The translations under genes were made by a program, and so were the position numbers. A stretch of 64,000 nucleotides of DNA from a candidate division FCPU426 bacterium (GTDB lineage Bacteria > Oederibacteriota > PGYV01 > Palsa-1178): positions 1,024,001 through 1,088,000 of the forward strand of contig CAWIXE010000001.1 in NCBI GenBank assembly GCA_963840035.1, written 5' to 3'. The notes under the pieces were generated by a model, which did not search any database, had not been told where the DNA came from, and saw only the letters and a program-made list of their open reading frames with translations. Below, in pieces: positions 10,044 to 22,904 of this stretch (the stretch's first letter is position 1; each line of letters opens with the position of its first letter).

Positions 10044-11311
10044 TGACCGCGGAAAAAGCACTGCTTTTTGGGCCGGCGGCGGTATCCGGGGTGTGCGCGG
10101 TAATATTCCTCGCCCTGTACGTCTTTAAAAAACATATGGTTCCTGTGAAGCGGGCGCTGGCCGGGATTGCCGGGATAACCGGATTGATCTGCGGTTCCAT
10201 GCTGTGCCTTGAAATGACCGGCCCTGCGGCAGTAACCGCCATGATGGATGTTTCAAAACTTCCCCTGTATATAAGCACGCTCGCGTTTATGCTCCTGCTG
10301 TTTTCACTTTCGCACACCGGGGATAAAGGCCTGTACTTTTTAGGCTGGTCAACCCTTGCTTTTTGCGCGGGGATGTGTTTTTTCAGGCAGCACCCGGCTG
10401 TTTACGCCGCGATATTCATGGCTGCGGATTATGCCTTCAGCGCCGTTTCCGTAAATGAAAGCGCGCCTGAGGAACAGGGAAAAAGCAGGCCGGGCTGGAA
10501 GCTCTTCTTTTTTATTTCCGCCTCCATTTTCCTTTTTCTGCTTATCTCCTCGCCGGAAGGCGGAAGGGCACGCACCCTGGGGATAAACGGCTTCATAGTA
10601 TTCCTGTTCATGTCAGGCATACAGGCGGCATACGCTGCCATGCCGTCAGGCCGCGTTGAAGCCGGCGCGCGGGCAATATACGCGGCAGCGTGCCTCATAC
10701 AGGCTGCGGTAATGGTGTCGCTCTTTGGCATGTACGCGGGGCATTATTCGCCGGGACTGATGATACTTACATTCGCCTGCGTGGCAATATTATCGGCTTT
10801 TAACGCGCTCACTGAGGAAGACCACGGAGAATACACGGCCTCTGATTTCGGGGCCATAACAGCGCTGTTGGCGCTTTTAGCGTCGGCTAAGGAAATTGAC
10901 GGGTGGATGGTGGCCGCTGCTTTTTCGGCGGCGTCTTTTTACGCTTTTTCCGGCGCGGCTTTCGCGCACGACGGGGGCCGCGGAGGGCATACTGTGGCGG
11001 CTTTAAAATATTCTTTTGAAAAAATAAAGAATAATTTCTTGCCGCTTTCCGGTTCGTTTGCGGCTTTGATTGCCGAAGCGCTGGTTTTTGCGGGGTTATA
11101 CCTGTGGCTGCCTTCGGGAATGTTTGGAAGAACGGTTCTTATGATATCCGCGGCAATTTACCTTCCGGCTTTTTTAAACAGGCTTTTTTTTACGATGTCC
11201 ATGGTTTCAAGGACGGGATTAGACAGAAAAAAAAGGACTGTCCTTAATATGGCAGGCCTTAAAACCGGGCTCGCCGCCTTATTCATGGCGGCAATGCTCT
11301 TTAAGTGGTGA
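10040..11311 (+). CDS. Hypothetical polytopic membrane protein (~13-14 TM)
   Basis: Highly hydrophobic 423 aa; ATGA overlap with the upstream gene. Confidence 0.7.
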   Translation: MMTAEKALLFGPAAVSGVCAVIFLALYVFKKHMVPVKRALAGIAGITGLICGSMLCLEMTGPAAVTAMMDVSKLPLYISTLAFMLLLFSLSHTGDKGLYFLGWSTLAFCAGMCFFRQHPAVYAAIFMAADYAFSAVSVNESAPEEQGKSRPGWKLFFFISASIFLFLLISSPEGGRARTLGINGFIVFLFMSGIQAAYAAMPSGRVEAGARAIYAAACLIQAAVMVSLFGMYAGHYSPGLMILTFACVAILSAFNALTEEDHGEYTASDFGAITALLALLASAKEIDGWMVAAAFSAASFYAFSGAAFAHDGGRGGHTVAALKYSFEKIKNNFLPLSGSFAALIAEALVFAGLYLWLPSGMFGRTVLMISAAIYLPAFLNRLFFTMSMVSRTGLDRKKRTVLNMAGLKTGLAALFMAAMLFKW

Positions 11312-11314
11312 CGC

Positions 11315-11479
11315 GTGAGCGATAAAACCAAGGTGTTAATATACCTGATTTCAATAGGGCTTATGACAGTGGCCGCGTTTATCATGGCGCCTGTCTCCCT
11401 GACATCGGGTATTATGGCTGTGGCATTTGTGGTAAATATCCTGCTTTTCAGGGATATGTTCGGCGGCGGCAAGAAGTGA
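11315..11479 (+). CDS. Small membrane protein (54 aa), absent from the ORF track
   Basis: GTG-SDKTKVLIYLISIGLMTVAAFIMAPVSLTSGIMAVAFVVNILLFRDMFGGGKK*; fills the gap, with GTGA overlap into the next gene. Confidence 0.55.
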   Translation: MSDKTKVLIYLISIGLMTVAAFIMAPVSLTSGIMAVAFVVNILLFRDMFGGGKK

Positions 11480-12127
11480 ATGATATACTACTTTTAATCC
11501 TTGTTGCCCTGGTGTACGGCGTATACTACAGGGCAAGGCTGAAAGATATTTCCGCCCCTGTGGGAAGGAAAGCTGTTATTTTTTCAGTTGCTGCCGCTGC
11601 CTTTACAGCATGCGCGATACTCCCCGCATACGCAGACCGGATATGGGCCCTATATGATTGGAGCGGCGTGGATAGGGATGATAGCCGTTTATAATTACAC
11701 AAGGGAAATTAATGATCCCGCGATTTACCCGTACTACCTGCTGGCCGCGGGCGCGGTGTTTTCAGCCTTTATCCCGGGGATTTCAAAATTCACGGTTTAT
11801 ATTTTCCCGATAAGTTTTTTTATCATGCTTGCGCTCTCGGCAGCGGCATATAAACCTCTTCTCAATGAAAAGAACCCTGTTCCGGCTTTTATCTTCCTGT
11901 GTTTTACTGTTTTTTCACTCAAAGGCGTCATGCTGGAAAGCCTGACCCCACTTATAACAGTCCCTGTTTCGCTGCTTGTGGCGCTATTCTTATGCGTCAG
12001 CAAAGTCCAGCCAATTGAATATTATCTGGAAGAAAAAAACATGTACAGGGTCCTTGCCGTGCTGTATCCGCTGTTTTTACTGCAGTGTTTTATAGGCGCG
12101 GTTGTTAAGAATAGTCTGTTTCATTAG
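11476..12127 (+). CDS. Membrane protein, apparently split by a +1 frameshift near 11645
   Basis: ORFs 11476-11694 and 11588-12127 join into one hydrophobic protein (…DRIWPYMIGAAW…) if one G is removed from atatGGGccc. Confidence 0.55.
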
Positions 12128-12188
12128 CGCGGCGCAGAAAAGGGGTTAACCCATTCTCTGCGTTGCTGCAAATATTGCAGGAGGGCTT

Positions 12189-12488
12189 ATGTTAAGGCAT
12201 ATCCTTGTTTTTAAAATGAAAGAAACCGCATTGGGGAAGACAGGCAAAGAAAACGCCCTTGAGTTGAAACGTATTATTGACGGCTTGATGGGCGTTATTC
12301 CGCAGTTAAAAAAAATGGATGTAGGACTTGATATCAGGCACACACCCACGTCATATGAAGTGGGGCTGTATTCGGAGTTTGACAACATGGAAGACCTGAA
12401 AATATATGTGGACCATCCGGCGCATAAAAAGGTGCTGGAGTTCATAGGGCAGACGGTGGAAGACCGGAAAGTTGTTGATTGGGAATAG
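12189..12488 (+). CDS. Dabb family stress-responsive A/B barrel protein
   Basis: MLRHILVFK…L..L...IP…L.SEF....L..Y..HPAH…VVDWE; GGAGG RBS. Confidence 0.9.
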   Translation: MLRHILVFKMKETALGKTGKENALELKRIIDGLMGVIPQLKKMDVGLDIRHTPTSYEVGLYSEFDNMEDLKIYVDHPAHKKVLEFIGQTVEDRKVVDWE

Positions 12489-12508
12489 GATAAATTTACA
12501 ATAAGAAC

Positions 12509-13588
12509 TTAAAATTGCGAATTAATTAAATTCATTGATACAACCACATCCGGACTTAAAACCGGGGCAGTGGCGTAAAACAGCGCTTCTTTTTCCACCT
12601 TTTCTTCATTTCCCATATTGAGCAGAAGTGCCAATCCGGCGCCTGCCAGCATTCCCGCGGGGTAACCTAACAATACTGCATACCAACCGCCGTCAGGTGT
12701 AGTTTTATATATTTGACCCGTAATATATGCTCCACCTAAACCGCCTAGGACACCGCAGCCAAGGGTCAATAAAGCCCGGTTACCCTGCAAGGTGTTTATA
12801 TCCGCAAATGAATACATTTTTGTGTTTTCGGGAGGGTAGAGAAGTTTATCTGATACTATATCAGGCGTTATCATGGACCCGGACATTATCTGCTTTGAAT
12901 CCGCAGCCATTTTATCAAGTTCGGTTTTGAAGACCCGGTCAATGAAATCGTTAAAATAAGGTCCGGTACTGTAAATATCTTCGGGCTTATATGTTATAAA
13001 GCCTTCTGACCTGAATGTATACGTTTTTGTTGAGCTGAATTCCCGGATGTAGTAGATGCTTCCACGACCCATCATTAGCTTGATGTTCCCGCTTATAAAA
13101 AACGTGATGTTATAGCACTGCTGTTTTGCTGAAGGCGTGATATCAACCTCAAACCTGTTTATATTGCCCCACATAACGCCCGTACTGCGGCATAAGTCCT
13201 TTAATGCGTTAAAATTTTGAGTATCAAAAGTCAGTTCCCGGCCGCGGTATGTTTCGGATGGAGCCATTCCTATCTCCCTGAAGATACCGTACTTTGAGCC
13301 GTTTACCGCGAGTAATTCAGCAGCAAGAATGGAAAGTGGGACGCTTGTGGCATAAATAATGGTTTTCGTTTTCCTGTTATCGACAAAGGGAAAGACCGCT
13401 ATGGACTGGTTAATAGGGGGCGTTGTATTAGTCCGATTATAGCCGGCTAAAGGTTCATCAACTTTTACCTTATATGCCTTACGGCCTTCTTTATACTGGA
13501 ACGGATTCATTATGGAACATCCTGTCATGAAAAGCAGCAATAATAATCCGGCTGTAATCAAAATAATCCATGTCCGCAATTTGCCCAT
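12509..13588 (-). CDS. Hypothetical lipoprotein
   Basis: Lipobox MTGC; IAVFPFVDNR; C-terminal Gly-rich helices; AGGAGG RBS. Confidence 0.7.
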   Translation of the reverse strand: MGKLRTWIILITAGLLLLLFMTGCSIMNPFQYKEGRKAYKVKVDEPLAGYNRTNTTPPINQSIAVFPFVDNRKTKTIIYATSVPLSILAAELLAVNGSKYGIFREIGMAPSETYRGRELTFDTQNFNALKDLCRSTGVMWGNINRFEVDITPSAKQQCYNITFFISGNIKLMMGRGSIYYIREFSSTKTYTFRSEGFITYKPEDIYSTGPYFNDFIDRVFKTELDKMAADSKQIMSGSMITPDIVSDKLLYPPENTKMYSFADINTLQGNRALLTLGCGVLGGLGGAYITGQIYKTTPDGGWYAVLLGYPAGMLAGAGLALLLNMGNEEKVEKEALFYATAPVLSPDVVVSMNLINSQF

Positions 13589-13636
13589 CGGGTTGTCCTC
13601 CTTTTGTATAAACGGTATTATACTATAAACGGTACT

Positions 13637-13661
13637 GTAGCGGGCGCATAATATGCGCCCG
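13637..13661 (+). repeat. Single GTAG REP
   Basis: gtag-cgggcgcata-a-tatgcgcccg. Confidence 0.8.
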
Positions 13662-13671
13662 AGCAGTATGC

Positions 13672-14526
13672 TTATTTGAAAGCCGCCAGGAACTTTTCAG
13701 TGCTTTCCAGGTATTTGCCCTGCGTGATGTCCAGGTTTGTGTGCTTTTGGCCTTCCAGGGTACAGAAAGTTTTTTTCTTTGAACCGGCGGCGGCAAAGAG
13801 TTCCTTTCCCATGGCGTAAGGGAAGCAGTCGTCCTGCGTCCCGTGGAAATACAGCAGCGGCGCTTTGAGCCTTTTTATCTTTGACACGGGCTGGTCAGGA
13901 TAGTTTGACAGAAAGTCGTCAGCTTTTAAGCTGACTAAAAACCTTGAAATATCCGGCTGTCCGTCGGTCATGTGCGCTACCGCTTCTTTTCCTTCGGTAA
14001 ACCCGGCTTCCATGATGATACCGGTAATCGGACGGTTTACAGCGACTTCAAGCCCGGGTACTGTGCCGATGGATTGGGTATAAACAAAGACCCTCTTTGA
14101 CAAATCAGGGTGATCTTTTTTTATATAATCATATATGAAAATACCGTCTGACATGATGGCGGCAAATGAAGGGCTTCCGCCGGAATACCCGTACGCCCTG
14201 TAATCAAAACACACGACATTCTTCTTATAATGGCCGCACAGGAATTTTAAGCGGGACATTGACTCGCTTACGCTGCACATGTTGCCGTAGAAATACAGTA
14301 TGGTATCGGACGCGCCTTTGTATTTCATGATCACACCTGAGAGCGCGATATTTTCCGGGTTTTTTATTTCCACGTTCTTTAACGTCACCTGCTCTGATTC
14401 GTAATCAGGGGTTTTCGGGCATGTCTCAGGGAAAAAGAAATTGGATTCGTGCATGGTAATGGTGCAGGATGAGAAGATAAAGGACAGTACGATAAAAAGG
14501 GCGATTATTGCTATTTCGTCGCGCAT
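13672..14526 (-). CDS. Alpha/beta hydrolase, probable lipoprotein
   Basis: LYFYGN, FDYRAYG.S.G.P, nucleophile elbow TQSIG, HGTQDD, late His; FSSC lipobox. Confidence 0.85.
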   Translation of the reverse strand: MRDEIAIIALFIVLSFIFSSCTITMHESNFFFPETCPKTPDYESEQVTLKNVEIKNPENIALSGVIMKYKGASDTILYFYGNMCSVSESMSRLKFLCGHYKKNVVCFDYRAYGYSGGSPSFAAIMSDGIFIYDYIKKDHPDLSKRVFVYTQSIGTVPGLEVAVNRPITGIIMEAGFTEGKEAVAHMTDGQPDISRFLVSLKADDFLSNYPDQPVSKIKRLKAPLLYFHGTQDDCFPYAMGKELFAAAGSKKKTFCTLEGQKHTNLDITQGKYLESTEKFLAAFK

Positions 14527-14746
14527 AAATACCTCCGTAAGGTAGATTTCTAATTTCTTATTTCTAATTAATAATTAAGCAGGAACAATGCCTGAAAAAA
14601 CCCCTTATTTTAAAGGGGAAGTGTTTGAAAGCCGCGCAAATATAGGCAAAAAAGCGCAGGGATTTGCGCAACTAAAGGGCTGCTGCTTCATTATATATAT
14701 AGGCTTTGTTGTGTTATAATTAGAAAGACCAAAAAGGCGGGTAAAA

Positions 14747-17745
14747 ATGAAAAAAACCCTGTATATACTGATTCTGGCGTTTATTACATCCTTTATTTAT
14801 CCGGCTGCCGTTAATGTGGCCATAGACGCATCTACGGAGCTGCACGCCTATGAGAGGGATATGGCTTTTGGATCAAATGCCCTGGGCGAATGGACCGATT
14901 TTTCCCTGTATAAAAATAACGTATACCGCTTCCAGCAGGCGGGTACCAGGTTTCTGCGTTTTCCCGGCGGATCCAACTCAAATGAATACCACTGGAACGG
15001 CAACGGCAGTTATGACGCTGACAAGGTGTGGCATGTTGACAATAGCCCTTCGCCTGTTACTTTTAAGCGCGGATTTTACAACCTGGCTTTGCACAGGGGT
15101 TCGCTTTCAAAAGGCTATGGCAAGTGGGCCATGGTAACAGACGGCGATTTGACAACAACATGGTCTTCATTTCCGGATGAAACATTTGCCCAGTGGATTT
15201 ATATAGATATCCAGACAGCGTCATACGCAGGGGTTACGGTAAACAAGGCGGTTATAGACTGGGATACGCCCTACGCGGCGCAGTACAAAGTGCAATACTC
15301 CAACGGCAACTGGAACGGCATTGGGCAGTGGATGTACAATGATACCGCATGGACAGATACGTCAGCGGGGATTGTATCCGGCGCGGGCGGGCAGGAAACC
15401 GTAAACTTCAACCCTGTCAGCGCGAAGTATGTCAGGATACTCATGCTGGCGTCTTCAGACGCGCACAACCAGTATGCCATTAAGGAAATAAAACTGTATA
15501 ACGACGCCGTACAGCTTACCAAAAACCAGGCAAACGTGAATCAGTCGCCGTCAGTTTCGTCTTCCGTGGCGCTTGGTGATAAATTTTTTGAGAATGACAC
15601 CATGGATTTCGAACAGTACATATCCATATGCAAGTCCATGACCCCGTCAGCAATTCCCATGATAACGATAAATTTTTATACCGGCACCACGCAGGAGGCC
15701 GCTGACTGGGTCTACTACGCCAACATCCATAAACTGTATGATATAAAATACTGGGAAATAGGAAATGAGAACGCGGGCAACTGGGAAGCGGGCGGGCCGT
15801 GCCTGCCTGAGCGTTACGCGCAGAGGTTCATGGATTTTTATGACGCGATGATTGCCGTGGATAACTCCATAGTCATTGCCCCGCAGTTTAATACCATAAA
15901 TGACCCGGGAAATGTAACCATGACCGCGGGGACCAATAACCCGGGCGCTTCGGATTATTACATAAGGATTTTCCTGCAGTACCTTGCGGACCACGGCCGG
16001 GCTGATATATTAAAAGGGTTATCCGTCCACAGGTATCCGACCTGGATGCCTGCCACAGAAGCTGTACCGCTGGGCATGGTGGATTTGTGGGACGCGGATT
16101 TGCCGCGCGTTAAAACATGGATCAACAGCCTGTGTACTTACCCGGGCAATGTTAAAATATGGCTTACGGAGTATAACGACGGCATAGACAGTGCGTTTAC
16201 AAACCATTTCTCAAATTCGCTTTTTGTGACGTCATTCGTCCTGAATTATCTGAGGAATGGCGGGGATTACACCACTTTTTTCCGGCCTTTTGGGACGCCC
16301 GGCCCGGGCAGCAGGATTTGACAATCTTTTCGGATTTCGGATACCTGGAAGGCGGTTCCTTAAGCGGCGCTTTATCTGATAAAAAGTACCAGCCGCGCGC
16401 CTCTTTTTATGCTTTTGACATGCTTTATAATGATTTTTCAGCGGATGATTCTTTTGGCAACATAATGGTTACAGCGACTGCAAATAATAATTCACTCAAA
16501 GTATATGCGAACAAAAGGGGCGACCGCAAGCTTTCAGTGGCGCTGGTGAACACGGACCAGTCTGTAACAATGACGGCCAATATATCAATTGCTGGTTTCT
16601 CGCCGCTTGGGTCCGCAAATACAGCCGCATATTCCAGGCAGAATTACTCATGGGTGGCAAATGGCGCGCAGTCATATGCCGCACCTGACCTGGAGCCAAA
16701 CCGGGGAAACATGACAGGCGTTACCTCAAACTTTACCCAGGATATTCCGCCATATTCCATAAAGATAATAACCATGTATGATTCTTCGCGGGCCACGCTT
16801 GTGCCATCTTCCACGCCTACCATGCTTCCCACGCTGACATACACTCCTACGGCCATGCCAGTCGGCCGTGTACTGGTGGATGACTGCGAACACCCGACGT
16901 CCGTATACAACATGTGGGGAGGTAAGTGGGAGATTTATGGAGACGGGATTTCGTCATACCCCGCTGTTTTTGAATCAGTTACATGCGACGGTGACGGGGC
17001 AAACGGCTCAAGCTGCCATGTGCGCGTGACAGGGACGGTTGCCACAAGTTCCTGGGGTTTCGGCATCAACTGCCCGCTCAACCCTTCATGGGCCGCCACG
17101 GATGTGTCCATGTATGACGGCGTATTTTTTTATTACAGGGGCGACGGCGGCGCGGCAAGGTTTGCCATGGTACAGACCGACATGTCAGGATCAAATTACG
17201 GGGTTACTTTTACCACCTCGGTTACCTGGCAGTTTTATGAACTGCCGTTTACTTCGCTTACCCATTCCACATTCGGGCCTCCGGGCGGTGTCTGGACAGG
17301 CACGAACGTCCAGGGCATGCAGATTCAGATAAAAGACGGCTGGCCTGTCGGCGGTGAGAGGATACTCGACATGGACTATGTGGGTTTTTATAAAAACACG
17401 TCAACGCCCACGCCTACGCCTACAGCGTATATTTCGCCGACTTCAACGCCCACACTCCCGGCCATGAAAAATCTTGATAAGCTTTACGTTCACCCGTCTT
17501 CATTCAGGAAGGCCGCCGGAGACGAAAAAATATGTTTTTATAACCTTACGGAAAAAGCGACAGTGCAGGTATTTAACATGGCCGGAGAGATAGTGTTTAA
17601 GGAAAGCTCGGATATTGGCGAGGCTGTATGCTGGGATTTAAGCGAGCCCAGGAGGTATAAGAAGATGGCGCCCGGAATTTACATATACGCCGTGACAAAT
17701 GAAAAGGGCGAGAAAAAGACGGGGAAGGTGGCGGTAGTACGGTAA
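14747..17745 (+). CDS. Secreted clan GH-A glycoside hydrolase (GH44/51/79-like) with inserted F5/8C (CBM32-like) domain, CBM11/CIA30-like domain, TP linker and T9SS-like C-terminal domain; frameshift near 16310
   Basis: LRFPGG, YWEIGNE (acid/base), SVHRYP, WLTEYN (nucleophile). ORFs 14747-16321 and 16318-17745 join as …GPG(Q)QDLTIFSDFGYL if one base is added. Ends KTGKVAVVR. Confidence 0.8.
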
Positions 17746-17874
17746 TTTTCAATTCTAAATTTTCAATTTTCAATTAAACCAACAACGACAGGCATAATTG
17801 CGCTTGTAATTTGTTATTGGATTGATATAATGTCCTGTAATTTAATTGAAAATTCAAAATAGAAAATTGAAAAT
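17744..17874. repeat. Heptamer-repeat inverted element (AATTTTC type) enclosing a promoter-like TTGTAA-16-TATAAT
   Basis: aattttc-aattcta-aattttc-aattttc-aatt ... aattgaa-aattcaa-aatagaa-aattgaa-aat. Confidence 0.9.
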
Positions 17875-17883
17875 GGGGTTTTA

Positions 17884-18246
17884 ATGGATAACGCCGTACT
17901 GACAATAACCCACAGCTATGACGCGGACGACCTGACCATCGGCATACTTAAATTCCAGGGGTTTCTTAATTTTGAGTCATATGATATTGCAAAGATAAAC
18001 ATAAACAGGATGATAGAAGCCGGCATATTTAAGATAGTTATAGATCTGTCTGAGACGGGATATATAAGCTCCAGCGGGTGGGCGGTTTTTATCGGCGCGC
18101 TTGGTACTGTACAGGCCGCAGGCGGGGATATAAGGCTCGCCGGCATGACGGATGAAGTGGCGTTTATTTTTGACGCGCTGGATTTAAAGTATGTTATAAA
18201 GTCTTACGGTCGTATTGAAGCCGCGATAGAGTCGTTTAAAAAATAA
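17884..18246 (+). CDS. STAS-domain anti-sigma factor antagonist
   Basis: IVIDLSETGYISSSGW, GGDIRLAGM. Confidence 0.9.
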   Translation: MDNAVLTITHSYDADDLTIGILKFQGFLNFESYDIAKININRMIEAGIFKIVIDLSETGYISSSGWAVFIGALGTVQAAGGDIRLAGMTDEVAFIFDALDLKYVIKSYGRIEAAIESFKK

Positions 18247-18279
18247 TCAATAATTATTGACCATTGTCTTTTGATATTT

Positions 18280-18430
18280 GTAGTCGCAGGCCTTCGTTTT
18301 ACCGGCCTGCGCCTATTCGAGCAATTCAAAACCTCAAACCATCGACAGTTCACGCGAGGCTATCTATCGCATTTGCTTGCCGGCAATCCTTCATTTGGCG
18401 CACCCCGATGAAACGAAGGGGTGCGACTAC
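18280..18430. repeat. REPIN-like element (GTAGTCGCAGGCC…GGGTGCGACTAC)
   Basis: Inverted ends; sibling at 55415-55523. Confidence 0.85.
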
Positions 18431-18439
18431 AAAATAATA

Positions 18440-18486
18440 CGTTTCATAATAAAGCAATTTTAAAACGCATGTTTCATATTGAAACA
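18440..18486. promoter_or_regulatory. Candidate tandem enhancer-binding-protein sites
   Basis: Perfect TGTTTCA-tat-TGAAACA at 18470-18486 and degenerate CGTTTCA-taa-TAAAGCA 30 bp upstream. Confidence 0.55.
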
Positions 18487-18536
18487 AGGCGTAATTATAT
18501 TATCATAAAAAACCCAATAAAATATAGGCCTATTTA

Positions 18537-18552
18537 TGGCACGGCTATTGCT
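18537..18552 (+). promoter_or_regulatory. Sigma54 (-24/-12) promoter of the dnaK operon
   Basis: TGGCACG-gcta-TTGCT, exact match to TGGCACG-N4-TTGCW, 58 nt before dnaK. Confidence 0.85.
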
Positions 18553-18610
18553 TATATGATAGCGTGAGCAATATGAGCAATCAAATTGAAATCAAATGGA
18601 GGTGTTTTAT

Positions 18611-20554
18611 ATGGCAAAGGTTATCGGAATCGACTTAGGAACTACAAACTCCTGCGTTGCGGTAATGGAGGGCAAAGAGCCCAAGGTTATCGTAAACTCA
18701 GAAGGCAACAGGACAACCCCGTCTGTTGTAGGTTTTACAAAGACAGGCGAGAGGGTGGTGGGATTGCCGGGAAAAAGGCAGGCAGTTGCAAACCCGGAAC
18801 ACACCATATTCTCCATCAAGAGGTTCATGGGAAGGAAGTACAATGAAGTAACTGAGGAGACAAAGAAGTACCCGTACAAAGTGGCGCCGTCTGATAACGG
18901 GGACGCGCACGTGGAAATTGAGGGAAAGAATTTCAGCCCTCCCGAAGTTTCAGCCATGATACTTGCAAAGCTTAAAACAGACGCTGAAGCTTATCTTGGA
19001 GAAAAAGTTTCACAGGCTGTCATCACCGTGCCGGCTTACTTCAATGACTCACAGAGGCAGGCTACAAAAGACGCCGGAAGGATCGCGGGGCTTGAAGTGC
19101 TGCGTATTATCAATGAACCCACAGCCGCTTCACTGGCATACGGGCTCGACAAAAAGAAAAACGAAAAGATAGCCGTATATGACTTGGGAGGCGGTACCTT
19201 CGATATTTCCATACTGGAAATAGGCGACGGAGTATTTGAAGTAAAGTCGACAAACGGAGACACGCACTTAGGCGGCGATGATTATGACCAGCGCCTCATG
19301 GACTGGCTCGCCGAGGAATTCAAAAAGACCGAAGGCATAGACCTGCGCAAGGACAGGGTGGCTTTACAGAGGCTCAAAGAAGCGGCTGAAAAAGCGAAGA
19401 TTGAGCTTTCTTCAACCATGCAGACAGAGATAAATATGCCCTTCATCACGGCGGACGCGAACGGGCCCAAGCACCTTGTGGTAAACCTGACAAGGGCTAA
19501 GATGGAACAGATAGTTGCAGACCTGACAGACCGTACCATAGAACCGTGCAAAAAGGCCATAGCCGATTCAGGCATAAAGATGTCGGAAATTGATGAAGTT
19601 GTGCTTGTCGGCGGCATGACCAGAATGCCTTCAGTTGTCGAAGCGGTAAAGAAACTTTTCGGCAAGGAACCGCATAAGGGCGTAAACCCGGATGAAGTCG
19701 TGGCCATAGGCGCGGCCATACAGGCCGGAGTCCTGCAGGGAGAAGTTACGGACGTACTCCTGCTTGACGTAACCCCGCTTTCGCTCGGAATCGAAACCCT
19801 CGGCCAGGTATTTACAAAGCTGATCGAAAGGAATACGACCATCCCGACAAAGAAATCGGAAATATTCTCAACAGCCTCGGACAACCAGACAAGCGTCGAG
19901 ATACACGTGCTCCAGGGAGAGCGTTCCATGGCGCGCGAGAACAAGACCATCGGCAGGTTCCATTTGGACGGCATACCGCCGGCGCCAAGAGGCGTGCCGC
20001 AGGTTGAGGTCACATTTGACATAGACGCCAACGGAATACTCCACGTCCAGGCAAAAGACATGGCCACGGGCAGGGAACAGAAAATCACCATCACCGCGTC
20101 CTCGGGACTCTCAAAGGACGAAATAGATAAGATAGTAAAGGAAGCGGAAAAACACAGCGACGAGGACAAAAAGAAAAGGGAAGAGATTGACACGCGCAAT
20201 CAGGCGGAAAGCCTCGTGTACCAGGCTGAAAAGACTTTAAAAGAAGTCGGCGACAAAGTCCCTGAAGCGGATAAGAAAGAACTTCAGGAGCAGGCTGATA
20301 AGTTAAAGGAACTGAGCAAAAACAACGCTTCGCTTGAAGACCTGAAAAAGCAGATGGACGTTCTCACGGAAAAGTGGCATAAAGTATCAACAGCCATGTA
20401 CCAGAACGCGCAGGGAGCAAAAGGCGCACAGCCCGGCCCTGAAGGCGCGCCGGGAGCGGGACCTAATCCGGGAGCCGGAAAGAAAAACGGCGACGACGTA
20501 GTGGATGCCGAGTATGAGGTAGTTGACGAGGACAAAAAGAAGAAAAAGGATTGA
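18611..20554 (+). CDS. dnaK: Chaperone DnaK
   Basis: [35 protein letters not shown] 18611 after GGAGG. Confidence 0.99.
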   Translation: MAKVIGIDLGTTNSCVAVMEGKEPKVIVNSEGNRTTPSVVGFTKTGERVVGLPGKRQAVANPEHTIFSIKRFMGRKYNEVTEETKKYPYKVAPSDNGDAHVEIEGKNFSPPEVSAMILAKLKTDAEAYLGEKVSQAVITVPAYFNDSQRQATKDAGRIAGLEVLRIINEPTAASLAYGLDKKKNEKIAVYDLGGGTFDISILEIGDGVFEVKSTNGDTHLGGDDYDQRLMDWLAEEFKKTEGIDLRKDRVALQRLKEAAEKAKIELSSTMQTEINMPFITADANGPKHLVVNLTRAKMEQIVADLTDRTIEPCKKAIADSGIKMSEIDEVVLVGGMTRMPSVVEAVKKLFGKEPHKGVNPDEVVAIGAAIQAGVLQGEVTDVLLLDVTPLSLGIETLGQVFTKLIERNTTIPTKKSEIFSTASDNQTSVEIHVLQGERSMARENKTIGRFHLDGIPPAPRGVPQVEVTFDIDANGILHVQAKDMATGREQKITITASSGLSKDEIDKIVKEAEKHSDEDKKKREEIDTRNQAESLVYQAEKTLKEVGDKVPEADKKELQEQADKLKELSKNNASLEDLKKQMDVLTEKWHKVSTAMYQNAQGAKGAQPGPEGAPGAGPNPGAGKKNGDDVVDAEYEVVDEDKKKKKD

Positions 20555-20555
20555 C

Positions 20556-20633
20556 GATAGCGGATTGAAGATTGCGGATTAATAGGCATAAAGCGCTTAT
20601 TAATCCGCAATCAAATATCAACAATCTTCAATT
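20556..20633. repeat. Heptamer-repeat inverted element (GATTGCG type)
   Basis: gatagcg-gattgaa-gattgcg-gattaat ... attaatc-cgcaatc-aaatatc-aacaatc-ttcaatt. Confidence 0.8.
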
Positions 20634-20682
20634 ACAAAGGAAATAGGAACAAAAAAATAGCACAAAAGGAGGCAACAGAAGT

Positions 20683-20964
20683 ATGAACTTAAAACCGCTC
20701 GGAGACAATGTAGTCGTAAAACCGCTCAAGGAAGAAACCGTTAAGGGTGGCATCATCATTCCTGACACGGCAACTGAAAGGACTGAAAAAGGGGAAGTAA
20801 TCGCAGTAGGAACGGGCAAACTCCTCGAGAACGGCACGCGCAAAGCCATTGAACTCAAAGTAGGGGATAAAGTGCTTTATTCCTATTCAAGGAAGGAATT
20901 AAAGATCGACGGGCAGGAACTGGTTATCGTAAGCGAGGAAGACGTTTTAGCAATAATTCAGTAA
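20683..20964 (+). CDS. groES: Co-chaperonin GroES
   Basis: LKPLGD.VVV, GGIIIPDTA, GEVIAVG.G, KVGDKVLY, EEDVLAI. Confidence 0.97.
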   Translation: MNLKPLGDNVVVKPLKEETVKGGIIIPDTATERTEKGEVIAVGTGKLLENGTRKAIELKVGDKVLYSYSRKELKIDGQELVIVSEEDVLAIIQ

Positions 20965-21015
20965 AATTACCAATTACTAATTATAAATGACTAATAAAGG
21001 GCGTATCCCATTTAG

Positions 21016-22695
<1,680 letters not shown>

Positions 22696-22696
22696 A

Positions 22697-22896
22697 ATTT
22701 TCAATTCTAAATTTTCGATTTTCAATTAAATACTGCGGGCAAAAGGGGCGCGTGATGAGCGCGCCCCTTTTTAAAGAATTTAGTGTTAAAATAGGGGAAC
22801 AAAAAAAAGAGTCAAATCGTCTAAATTAAGGTCACTGGAATTATAAGATCTTTAAAGGAAGGGTTTTCAATTGAAAATATAAAATTGAAAATTCAA
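22697..22896. repeat. Heptamer-repeat inverted element (AATTTTC type) enclosing a terminator
   Basis: atttttc-aattcta-aattttc-gattttc-aatt ... aattgaa-aatataa-aattgaa-aattcaa. Confidence 0.8.
22741..22772 (+). terminator. Rho-independent terminator after groEL
   Basis: aaaaggggcgcg-tgatgag-cgcgccccttttt. Confidence 0.85.
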
Positions 22897-22904
22897 GGTG
22901 TCAT

